From positions 1,972 through 34,864 of the forward strand of contig JBDRVN010000013.1 of assembly GCA_039801885.1 (NCBI GenBank): a stretch of DNA of 32,893 nucleotides, given 5' to 3'. Positions 7,951-16,528 of this stretch are shown here, piece after piece. The notes under the pieces are model-generated. The model worked only from the letters and a program-made list of their open reading frames with translations, ran no database searches and was not told where the DNA came from. The DNA is from a candidate division WOR-3 bacterium. GTDB lineage: Bacteria; Hydrothermota; Tepidihabitantia; Tepidihabitantales; DTDR01. The number at the start of each line of letters is the position of its first letter. Position 1 is the first letter of the stretch. The position numbers were made by a program, and so were the translations under genes.

Positions 7951-10920
7951 ATGAATCCTTTTTTTCTTTGTTTTTATCTCTTTTTCAATTTGAAAATGGA
8001 AGAAACTTTTATAATAAATGATAGTTATTTAATAATTTATCTAAAGAATTATCCAGTTATAAAAAATTCTGAAACCCTTTGTTTTCACAAAGAATTTGTT
8101 AAAAAAGAGAATTATTTTATTAACTATGAAAAAGGCGTTATTGAGATTAAAAGATTACCACCTTTGCTTCCCTGTACTCTTAAAATCACCTATCTTTATT
8201 TACCCTTCTCACCTCCCCTTTTATCTCCTCCTATTATAAAGAAGATAAAATCCAATTCTCTTTTTATCTCTGATTCAATCAACGACACTTTTAACACCTG
8301 TTACTCTGATATTATTTTGGAGGGGGAAAAAGAGATTAAATTAAATTATCATAACAAAGAAGGAATAAATCTTGACCAACAAACAAATTTCTCTTTAAAC
8401 GGTAATGTTGATGAGATAAATTTTGAAGGCTTCTTTAACGGTAAGGAAAATAAAGAAGAAGGTTTATTAGTAAAAGAATTAGATAATTCTTATTTAAAAA
8501 TGAAAACAAAAAGCCTCTCTTTAACTTGGGGAAATCAAGTTAAAGAAATAGATTTTTCCCATTTTGGAAAGCTCCCTTCCCAAGGTGTAGGTGCCTCTTT
8601 TTTCCAAAAAAATCCTTATGAAACTCTTTATTTCCATTATTTAACAACTCCTTTTAAATACGAAAAGATACAATTTTATGGTAAAGATTTTATCCAAGGA
8701 CCTTATTATCTAAAAAAGAATAAATCAATAAAAATTTTACCAAATAGTGAAAGGGTATATTTAGATAGTAAATTATTAAAAAGAGGTAACAATGAAGATT
8801 ATGTGATTGATTATGAATTTGGTTTTATAACTTTTACCAATCGTCGGATTATTACTTCCCGCAATTTTATTGAAATAGATTTTTTATATGAAGAAGAGAT
8901 TTATGAAAAAGATAATTATTGTTTAAATCTAATAACTACTCGCTTACCAATAAAAACTAATATAAGTTATTATTGGGAAAAGGATAAGAATAAAAGAGAA
9001 CTTTTTGATAATGAAACAAAAAACTATCTTACAAAAATTGGCAACGATACAGCAAAAGCTTACATAAATTCTGCCCGCTATGTGGGTAAAAATAAAGGTG
9101 ACTATGAAAAAACCGACGAGATATTTTTCTACGTAGGCGAAAATAAAGGTAGTTATCTGGTAAATTTTACCTTTGCTGGCGAAAGTCTGGGAGACTATGA
9201 TTATGATAATATAAAAAATTGTTATTATTATGTAGGCAAAAACAAAGGAAAATATCTCCCCTATTCTAAAATAAATTTACCGAAAGAAAATTTTTTTACT
9301 TCAATTAATTTTGTAATATCTTTTAATGAAAATTTAAATATTAAATTTGGTGGAATCGTTAATAAAAAGGACGAAAATATTTTCTCACCCTTTGGCGACA
9401 CAAATTGCTACGGTTACGGAACAAATTTTGCTCTTTCTTATGAAAAAGAAAAAATCTTTTGGTCTATTAAAAATCTTAACCTATTTAAAAACCACCAAAT
9501 TCTTTCTCAATTAAAAAACGATGAATTACTCAATTTCCCTTTGAAAAATAGAACATCTTTTCAAATAAACTTTTCTCCTAATAAAGACTTAGGTTTTCTT
9601 AATGAATTAGAATTGATGAAAAAGGAAAAAAATTGGAATTGTTTTGGAGTCAGTAAATTAAATTTCTTTTTTAATGAAATCTCTTTAAAGAAAGATTATT
9701 ATGATAGAAAAACCTTCTCTTTCTCCACCTCACCAATCTATCATTTTTTTAATCCAACCTATTCTTTTATTTATCAGAAAGATACTAATAATAAATATTT
9801 CTTAACTCATTTCTGGGGCACTAATTTTTATTTTAAGGAAAGCAAAATTTTTTTAACTTATGAAATAGAGACAGAAAAAAATCAATTAAATAAGAAAAAG
9901 AAAATTGCTAAATTGGGTATAACTAACCAAAATAACCCCCAAACCTATTTTATTATTGGCTTTTTTGAAAACTCCTTTTTTTCTGATTTTAATCTTAATT
10001 ATTTTTTTAAAAATATTTTCCAATTTGCTTTTTCCGAAAAATTTACTAATGAAGAGAAAGTTGTTAAAGAGATAAGATTTATAAAGGTAAAAAAAGGAGA
10101 AGGTGATTATTCAAAAGATACTATAACTAATGAATATTATCCCGATTCTCTTGGTGAATATTTAAAAGAGATTATCCCTTTAAGAAAAGGAAGAAGAATT
10201 TCTAAAGCAGAATTTAATAGCAGTCTTTCTTGGTTTCCAATAAAAAAGTTAAAAATAAGTTTTTCTTCAAATTTTACTTATCCTAAAAATTTAGATTATC
10301 AATTCTTAATCGATTACTATCCTAAAGAAAATTTGGCCATAAATTATAAAATAAATCATTCTCAAAAAGAAGATAAAGATTTGATATATGAAAACTATAG
10401 AAACAAAAGATTAGAAAATCTCCTTTCCGTTAAAAAAGAACTATCAAAATTATTAAGTCTTACTGAATTTTTCCAATTTGAGCAAGGAGAAAAGAAAAGA
10501 GAAGAACTTTATTACCAAAAAGAAAAAACTTATGGTTTTTCTAGCTTCTTAGAATTTAAAGAAAATTATAATTTAAATCTGAAACCAAGTATCTTTTTCA
10601 TCTATTATCATTATTTCTTACCATTTAAAAAAGATTATTTAATTAAAAAAATTAGCCTTAACTCAGAAAAAACTAGTGAAATCTTAAAAGATTTTCATTT
10701 GACTACCTTTTTAGAAATAACCTACCGAATTTATCCAAAAGAGATTTTACCCTTAGAGTTAGTTTATTATGAACCAAAGGGTTTTTCTTACAACTTTTCC
10801 ATTTTGCTTACAAAAAATTTGAACCAAAATATTTTCTTTAATTGGGAATTCAATTGTTTAAAAGAGGGATTTAAAGAAAAAGAAATAAAAATCAATTTTT
10901 CTTCTCGACTTTATTTTTAA
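7951..10920 (+). CDS. large hypothetical protein, probable outer-membrane beta-barrel
   Basis: 989-aa ORF with a hydrophobic N-terminus, aromatic-rich amphipathic strands and a C-terminal Phe (INFSSRLYF). Contains SERVYLD..LLKRG...DYVIDYEFG.ITF and repeated YVGxNKGxY motifs. Confidence 0.75.
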   Translation: MNPFFLCFYLFFNLKMEETFIINDSYLIIYLKNYPVIKNSETLCFHKEFVKKENYFINYEKGVIEIKRLPPLLPCTLKITYLYLPFSPPLLSPPIIKKIKSNSLFISDSINDTFNTCYSDIILEGEKEIKLNYHNKEGINLDQQTNFSLNGNVDEINFEGFFNGKENKEEGLLVKELDNSYLKMKTKSLSLTWGNQVKEIDFSHFGKLPSQGVGASFFQKNPYETLYFHYLTTPFKYEKIQFYGKDFIQGPYYLKKNKSIKILPNSERVYLDSKLLKRGNNEDYVIDYEFGFITFTNRRIITSRNFIEIDFLYEEEIYEKDNYCLNLITTRLPIKTNISYYWEKDKNKRELFDNETKNYLTKIGNDTAKAYINSARYVGKNKGDYEKTDEIFFYVGENKGSYLVNFTFAGESLGDYDYDNIKNCYYYVGKNKGKYLPYSKINLPKENFFTSINFVISFNENLNIKFGGIVNKKDENIFSPFGDTNCYGYGTNFALSYEKEKIFWSIKNLNLFKNHQILSQLKNDELLNFPLKNRTSFQINFSPNKDLGFLNELELMKKEKNWNCFGVSKLNFFFNEISLKKDYYDRKTFSFSTSPIYHFFNPTYSFIYQKDTNNKYFLTHFWGTNFYFKESKIFLTYEIETEKNQLNKKKKIAKLGITNQNNPQTYFIIGFFENSFFSDFNLNYFFKNIFQFAFSEKFTNEEKVVKEIRFIKVKKGEGDYSKDTITNEYYPDSLGEYLKEIIPLRKGRRISKAEFNSSLSWFPIKKLKISFSSNFTYPKNLDYQFLIDYYPKENLAINYKINHSQKEDKDLIYENYRNKRLENLLSVKKELSKLLSLTEFFQFEQGEKKREELYYQKEKTYGFSSFLEFKENYNLNLKPSIFFIYYHYFLPFKKDYLIKKISLNSEKTSEILKDFHLTTFLEITYRIYPKEILPLELVYYEPKGFSYNFSILLTKNLNQNIFFNWEFNCLKEGFKEKEIKINFSSRLYF

Positions 10921-11373
10921 AGTCTTTATAATAATTTAATGTACTGACTAAGACATTGTTACCAGTCATATAAAAGTAAGAGCGGGAAATTTATCTTAAC
11001 TTTTTGGATGTCGATATTAGCTTAATTAACTATATTTTAACACATTTACTTTTTCCTCCTAACTTTTTTAATTTTTGATTATATTAAATTATATAATTAC
11101 TGATACTTTGTATTAATTTGTGAGAAGATTTCGGAAAATAAAGGGATGGGAAGGGTAAAGAATTAGGATATAGGAGATAATAAAGATTCTGTCTCATAAC
11201 CGATATAAAAAAATTTTAGAGTAAGAAAAATAAAGTACTTCCTAATCAGAAAAAAATATTGCTTTTAAACCTGATTAAAGCAATGCTTTGAAAGTAGTAT
11301 TATTAAGCATCTCTGAATGATTTTATTATAGATCTCCTAAAGAACTCATATTTTGATTCCTCAATTTAAAAAT

Positions 11374-11401
11374 TTGACTTTTTAAGCAATCAGGTTAAAA
11401 T
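11374..11401 (+). promoter_or_regulatory. sigma70-type promoter for tRNA-Arg and the nitroreductase
   Basis: TTGACT (11374-11379), 16-bp spacer, TAAAAT (11396-11401), ending 9 nt before the tRNA 5' end. Confidence 0.7.
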
Positions 11402-11410
11402 TATTTAAAA

Positions 11411-11483
11411 GCGCCTGTAGCTCAGTGGATAGAGCGGCGGACTCCGGATCCGCAGGTCGCGCGTTCAAATCGCGTCAGGCGCT
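11411..11483 (+). tRNA. tRNA-Arg(CCG), CCA not encoded
   Basis: Full cloverleaf. Acceptor GCGCCTG/CAGGCGC; D arm GCTC-AGTGGATA-GAGC (with A20); anticodon arm GCGGA-CT CCG GA-TCCGC; T arm GCGCG-TTCAAAT-CGCGT. Confidence 0.97.
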
Positions 11484-11501
11484 TTAAGTAGATTAAAAAT
11501 T

Positions 11502-12020
11502 ATGGAATTTTACGAAGTAATTAAAAAAAGAAAGAGTATAAGAAGTTACAAATCTGATCCAATCCCTAAAGAAGTTTTAGAAAGAATTTTAGAAGCGGGC
11601 CGGTTAGCTCCTTCGGCAAAGAACATCCAGCCATGGAAATTTATTGTAATTAATGACCCAAAAATCAAAGAAGAATTAGTTTCTGCTTGTCGGAATCAGA
11701 AATTTATTGCCGAAGCACCAATTGTTATCTGTATTGTTGCCTTAGAAAAAATTGCCTGGGGAAGAATGGGCGGTTATTGGAGCTCTTATCCCGTTGATTG
11801 CGCAATTGCTATGGAACATATTATCTTGGCAGCTGCTAATGAAGGCTTAGGAACTTGTTGGATTGGGGCCTATGATGAAAAGGAAGTAAAAAGAATTTTA
11901 AAATGTCCTGACGATGTAAAAATCATTGCTTTGACTCCTTTGGGATATCCTAATGAAGACCCACTACCACGAAGCAGAAAACCTCTCTCCGAAATTGTTT
12001 GTTATAATCAGTACCAATGA
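11502..12020 (+). CDS. nitroreductase family flavoprotein
   Basis: Motifs IKKRKSIRSY, LAPSAKNIQPWKF, GLGTCWIG and PLGYP. Confidence 0.93.
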   Translation: MEFYEVIKKRKSIRSYKSDPIPKEVLERILEAGRLAPSAKNIQPWKFIVINDPKIKEELVSACRNQKFIAEAPIVICIVALEKIAWGRMGGYWSSYPVDCAIAMEHIILAAANEGLGTCWIGAYDEKEVKRILKCPDDVKIIALTPLGYPNEDPLPRSRKPLSEIVCYNQYQ

Positions 12021-12024
12021 TTCT

Positions 12025-12465
12025 TTATAGGTCTTTCTCCATTATCCAAGCATCTTCACCGTCATTATAATAACCTTTCCTTAAATAACTATATTTAAAA
12101 CCTAATTTTTGGTAAAATTTTTGGGCACCAATGTTAGAAACCCTCGTTTCTAAATAAATTTTTTTTATTTCCCTTAAACGAGCAATTACAATTATCTCGT
12201 TAATTAATTTTGTACCAACCCCCTTTTTCTGATAATTTCTATCGACCGAGATATTTGCTAAATGTAATTCATCTACTATTTCCCAAGCAATAAGATAACC
12301 AACTACTTTATTATCAATTTCCGCAACTAAACAATAAGTATTGGGTCTTCTTAAATCATAATCAAAATAACTTTTTTTCCAAGGAAATTTAAAATTTTCT
12401 TTTTCAATTCTTAAAACTTCTTCTAAATCTTTACTTCTCATCCATCTAACTTTTATTTCGTCCAT
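12025..12465 (-). CDS. rimI: ribosomal protein S18 alanine N-acetyltransferase (GNAT)
   Basis: Motifs IE..NF..PW, ELHLANISV, QKKGVG, LETRVSN and RKGYY.DGEDA..M. Confidence 0.9.
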   Translation of the reverse strand: MDEIKVRWMRSKDLEEVLRIEKENFKFPWKKSYFDYDLRRPNTYCLVAEIDNKVVGYLIAWEIVDELHLANISVDRNYQKKGVGTKLINEIIVIARLREIKKIYLETRVSNIGAQKFYQKLGFKYSYLRKGYYNDGEDAWIMEKDL

Positions 12466-12474
12466 ATTTTTTTA

Positions 12475-12502
12475 ATTTTATAATATCTTAATTAAAATTC
12501 AA
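12475..12502 (-). promoter_or_regulatory. putative rimI promoter (very short or no leader)
   Basis: Minus strand TTGAAT, 16-bp spacer, TAAAAT. ATG lies 9 nt downstream. Confidence 0.45.
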
Positions 12503-12513
12503 ATTATTAAATC

Positions 12514-12541
12514 TTGATAAATCCAGCAATTTTATTAAACT
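12514..12541 (+). promoter_or_regulatory. putative adk promoter (probably leaderless)
   Basis: TTGATA (12514-12519), 16-bp spacer, TAAACT (12536-12541). ATG lies 6 nt downstream with no SD. Confidence 0.55.
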
Positions 12542-12547
12542 TATTTT

Positions 12548-13204
12548 ATGAAAATAATATTATTCGGTCCACCAGGAAGTGGCAAAGGGACACAAGCGGA
12601 GTTATTAAAAGAAAAAGATGGTTTTTATCATTTTTCTACCGGCGATTTTTTCCGGCAGGAAATAAGTAAACAAACTGCTTTAGGTAAAAAAGTACAATAT
12701 TACTTAGAAAAGGGGCTATTAGTTCCTGATGAAATTGTCATTGAAATCGTAAAAAATTTTTTAGAAGAAAACTATAATAAAAAAATCGTTTTTGATGGCT
12801 ATCCCCGAACCATATCCCAAGCTATCTCTTTAGATCAATCTCTTTTACAAAAAAATAAAAAAGTAAATTTTTGCTTTCTTATTGAACTAAGTGAAGAAGA
12901 AATTATTAAAAGATTAACTGCCCGAAGAGTGTGTGAAAACTGCGGTGCAATTTATAATTTAAATTTTAAGAAACCAAAAATAGAAAATACTTGTGACTTT
13001 TGCAATAGCAAATTAATCCAAAGAGACGATGATAAAGAAGAAGTAATTAAAGAAAGAATTAATATTTATTACCGCGACACCTCACCTTTGATAGACTATT
13101 ATGAAAAGAAAAATAATTTATATCGGATAAACGGCAATTTAGGAAGAGATTATGTTTATTCAGAAATTATAAAGATAATTAAAAATTATGGCGATTTATA
13201 TTAA
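12548..13204 (+). CDS. adk: adenylate kinase (Zn-finger LID)
   Basis: Motifs GPPGSGKGTQ, FDGYPRT and QRDDD; the LID carries CENC...CDFC. Confidence 0.96.
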   Translation: MKIILFGPPGSGKGTQAELLKEKDGFYHFSTGDFFRQEISKQTALGKKVQYYLEKGLLVPDEIVIEIVKNFLEENYNKKIVFDGYPRTISQAISLDQSLLQKNKKVNFCFLIELSEEEIIKRLTARRVCENCGAIYNLNFKKPKIENTCDFCNSKLIQRDDDKEEVIKERINIYYRDTSPLIDYYEKKNNLYRINGNLGRDYVYSEIIKIIKNYGDLY

Positions 13205-13943
13205 ATCAAAAAGAGAGATTGATAAAATAAAAAAAGCAGGAATAATTGTGGCGAAAACCCTTAAATTAATCGAAAAAGAGATAAAGCCAGGAATAAGTTT
13301 AAAGGAAATAGAAAAAATTTGTGCTGATTTTATTTACTCCCAAGATGCCTATCCAGCTTTTTTAGGTTATAAGGGTTTTCCTTCCGCCATATGTATTAGT
13401 TTAAATGAAGAAGTTGTCCACGGAATTCCTGACGATCGAAAGTTAAAAGAAGGTGATGTGGTTAAAATTGATATTGGTGTAAAAAAAGATGGTTATTATG
13501 CAGACGGAGCAAAAACCTTTATATGTAAAAAAGTCCCATCCCCCATCAAAAAATTAATTGAAGTAACTGAAAAAGCTCTTTATTTAGGAATCGAAGAGGC
13601 TTATGAAAATAATCCTCTATTAGCAATTAGTAAAAAAATTCAAAATTATGTAGAAAAAAATGGTTTTTCTGTTGTTCGGGAATTATGTGGACACGGAATT
13701 GGTTTACAACTCCATGAAGACCCGATTGTACCTAATTATTATTTCCCTCAAATGAATGGATTAATTTTAAAAACAGGAATGACTCTGGCAATTGAACCAA
13801 TGGTAAATTTAGGAACAGAAAAAGTGATTACTAAAGAAAACGGCTGGACAGTCGTTACTGCTGATAACAGTTGTTCAGCTCATTTTGAACACACTATTTT
13901 AGTTAGTAAAAATAAAGCAGAAATATTGACAATTAATGAGTAA
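13188..13943 (+). CDS. map: type I methionine aminopeptidase
   Basis: Motifs [26 protein letters not shown] and SAHFEHT. Confidence 0.96.
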   Translation: MAIYIKSKREIDKIKKAGIIVAKTLKLIEKEIKPGISLKEIEKICADFIYSQDAYPAFLGYKGFPSAICISLNEEVVHGIPDDRKLKEGDVVKIDIGVKKDGYYADGAKTFICKKVPSPIKKLIEVTEKALYLGIEEAYENNPLLAISKKIQNYVEKNGFSVVRELCGHGIGLQLHEDPIVPNYYFPQMNGLILKTGMTLAIEPMVNLGTEKVITKENGWTVVTADNSCSAHFEHTILVSKNKAEILTINE

Positions 13944-14166
13944 AGAAGAAAAAAAGAAAAATGTTATCCAAATAGATGGAACAGTTATTGAAGTTTTACC
14001 TAATGCTTTTTTCCGTGTCCAATTAGATAATGGTCATATTGTCTTAGCCCATGTTTCAGGGAAAATGAGAATTCATTTTATTAAAATAGTAAAAGGTGAC
14101 CGAGTTACGGTAGAGCTTTCTCCTTATGATTTAACTCGTGGCCGGATTATTTATCGTTATAAATAA
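13936..14166 (+). CDS. infA: translation initiation factor IF-1
   Basis: Sequence [14 protein letters not shown]...[27 protein letters not shown]. Confidence 0.98.
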   Translation: MSKEEKKKNVIQIDGTVIEVLPNAFFRVQLDNGHIVLAHVSGKMRIHFIKIVKGDRVTVELSPYDLTRGRIIYRYK

Positions 14167-14167
14167 A

Positions 14168-15274
14168 TTAGAACAACATTCTAAGTATCGTGGGTAAAAC
14201 TAAATTACTTTTATCTAACTTCTTCTCTATGGGATTAGGTAATTTTAATTCCTTTTCTATCTCTCCTTCTTGTAATTTTTCCAAAATCATATCTTTTTCC
14301 CATTCGTCAATTGCCTCTTTAAAAAGTCCGGAAGCAAAAAATCCTACTCGTATTTTCTCCATATTTTTATTTTTTAAAAAAGTGAATTGAATTCTCGTAT
14401 TACTATTCAATTTTTTAGAAATCTTCTCATAGATATTACTTGCTGCTTCTAATGTTATTGAATCATTTCCACAAATCCAAATAAGAAGGTTTTTGGCATA
14501 TTCAATATTATTATCAAATAAGGGTGAATTAAACAAGGTTTCACAAACTTTTTCTTGATCTTCCTCTTCGCCGTAAACAATCATTCCTCTCCCTTTTTCA
14601 TTAATTATATTTCTTATGTCGGCAAAATCTATTCCTATTAGATGAGAATTATCAATTACTCTTATTAAATCGGTAAGACCGATAGCAAGCATCCAATTTA
14701 TAACCTGAAATGTCTCTTCCATTTTTATGCTACCTAATTTCTTTTTTATTTGATTATTAGAAATTACTACTACCGAAGGGAAGAGGTTTTCGATTTTTTC
14801 TAAAGAATTCTTGGCAATCATATTTATTACATTACCTTCATAATTAAAGGGTTTGACAGTGATTATCAATGTTAATATATTTTCTTCTTTTGCCCATTCG
14901 ACAATTTTCGGAGTTGCTCCGCTACCAGTACCTTTTCCTAAACAAGAAATCAATATTAATAAATCTGTATTTTTAATTTTTTCTCGAATCTCTTTCTCAC
15001 TTTCTATTGCTGCCTGTTCTCCAATTTCTGGATTTCCTCCAGAACCGAATCCTTGGGTCAAATTTTTCCCCAATTGAATTTTGTTTATTGCCAAAGAGTT
15101 TTTTAAAGAAATTACATCGGTATTGAGTGCAAAGTATTCAAAGCAAATATTTTTTAATTGAAAATTTGCTTGCCGGTGGTGGTTTATTAAGGCATTCAAA
15201 ATATTTCCTCCACCACCTCCTATTCCAAAAATTTTTATTTTTAGTTTATTTATTTTTTCACAAGGATAAATCAT
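14168..15274 (-). CDS. ftsZ: cell division protein FtsZ (divergent)
   Basis: Motifs GIGGGGGN, NTD, G.GSGGNPEIG, GKGTGSG, PF..EG and IDFADI; C-terminal LVLPTILR. Strong SD AAGGAGG; last gene after ftsA. Confidence 0.92.
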   Translation of the reverse strand: MIYPCEKINKLKIKIFGIGGGGGNILNALINHHRQANFQLKNICFEYFALNTDVISLKNSLAINKIQLGKNLTQGFGSGGNPEIGEQAAIESEKEIREKIKNTDLLILISCLGKGTGSGATPKIVEWAKEENILTLIITVKPFNYEGNVINMIAKNSLEKIENLFPSVVVISNNQIKKKLGSIKMEETFQVINWMLAIGLTDLIRVIDNSHLIGIDFADIRNIINEKGRGMIVYGEEEDQEKVCETLFNSPLFDNNIEYAKNLLIWICGNDSITLEAASNIYEKISKKLNSNTRIQFTFLKNKNMEKIRVGFFASGLFKEAIDEWEKDMILEKLQEGEIEKELKLPNPIEKKLDKSNLVLPTILRMLF

Positions 15275-15287
15275 TTTATCCTCCTTT

Positions 15288-16526
15288 TTATTCTTCTCCT
15301 AAAAATAATTTAAATCTTTTTTTAATCCAATTTTTTATTTTATCAAAAAAATCGACATCTTTTACTGGCAAGTAATCCTTCTTTTTTAATTTATATTCAA
15401 CCAATCCAATTAAAGTAGCATACTTAGGGTTAACAAAGTCACTGGGTAAAATTTTTTCTTTTATTGATTGATGAAATCCAACCCTGGTGGGTAAAGAAAA
15501 AATCTCTTCTACCAATTTTGCAATTCCCGTTGTATTGGCTACGCCTCCCGTAACCACAATGCTTAATGGAAGAGTCTTCTCTTCTTTTATTTTTTCATAC
15601 TCCTGCTTTACTAAACATAAAATTTCCCGCAATCGATATTCGATAACTTGAGATAATTGACTTTGGGTTATTCGTTTTTTTATTTCTCCCGAATAGTTAA
15701 TTATTTCTATTGGTAAATCATCAATCACCGCATCACGAGAAGCTAAACCAAATTCTTTCTTAATTTTTTCAGCATAATGAAAAGGGGTTAAAAATACTAC
15801 TGCAATATCATTAGTTATTGAAACTCCACCAAGATTTAAATTGAAGCCAACTTGGTATTCGCCATTTTTATAAATTCCGAAATTTACTCCACCGCCGATA
15901 TCCAAAATTGCTACTCCTCTATCTAATTCTTCTTCTTCACAAACTCCTAAACCAATTATTGCATTCTGAAAAATTAATTCAAATTTTCTAAATTCTAATT
16001 CTTGAAAAATTTCAACAATTGTTTTTAAACTACTCCGAGGAATAGTCAAAAGTAATGCTTTTAAAGTCAATTTATTATAAACCGGCATTTTTAAAGGTTT
16101 TTTTATTCCTACCATTCCATCAATTATGTATTCTAAAGGAATTAATTGCCAAACCACAAATTCTGAAGGCAAGGAAATTCTTTGAGCTTTTCTTTTTACT
16201 TCTACTAAATCCTCTTCTTGAACTGGCCTTGTAAAATCGTCTTTACCACTTTCACCACGCAATTCTTTTATATATTCACCTTGTAAACCGACAATTATTG
16301 TTGTTTTTTTTACTTTAATCTGAGCTTTTTGTTCGGCTTCTGTAACTGCTAATTTAAGAGACTCGTAAGCTCTTTCACTATCAATCACAATTCCTTTGTC
16401 AAAACCTTTTATCTCTGATTCGCCAAATCCTAAAATGTTTATTTTTTCTTGCGGATCAATTTCACTAATTAAACATTTAACAGTAGTGATTCCTAAATCC
16501 AAAGTAGTAATGATTTTTTTTCGCAT
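15288..16526 (-). CDS. ftsA: cell division protein FtsA
   Basis: Actin-like motifs LDLG, LDIGGG, GG..IT.DIA, AEKIK..FG, VTGG and P.YAT.IGL. Lies directly upstream of ftsZ. Confidence 0.92.
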   Translation of the reverse strand: MRKKIITTLDLGITTVKCLISEIDPQEKINILGFGESEIKGFDKGIVIDSERAYESLKLAVTEAEQKAQIKVKKTTIIVGLQGEYIKELRGESGKDDFTRPVQEEDLVEVKRKAQRISLPSEFVVWQLIPLEYIIDGMVGIKKPLKMPVYNKLTLKALLLTIPRSSLKTIVEIFQELEFRKFELIFQNAIIGLGVCEEEELDRGVAILDIGGGVNFGIYKNGEYQVGFNLNLGGVSITNDIAVVFLTPFHYAEKIKKEFGLASRDAVIDDLPIEIINYSGEIKKRITQSQLSQVIEYRLREILCLVKQEYEKIKEEKTLPLSIVVTGGVANTTGIAKLVEEIFSLPTRVGFHQSIKEKILPSDFVNPKYATLIGLVEYKLKKKDYLPVKDVDFFDKIKNWIKKRFKLFLGEE

Positions 16527-16528
16527 AT

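Noticed and set aside
11278..11350. Tiny minus-strand ORFs (MSSLGDL*, MLNNTTFKALL*) after a GAGGA
   Set aside because: They are too short and have no supporting features, as expected by chance.
11411..11500. tRNA-Arg as an integration site for a genomic island
   Set aside because: I saw no integrase and no duplicate of the tRNA 3' end in the window, and the downstream genes are housekeeping.
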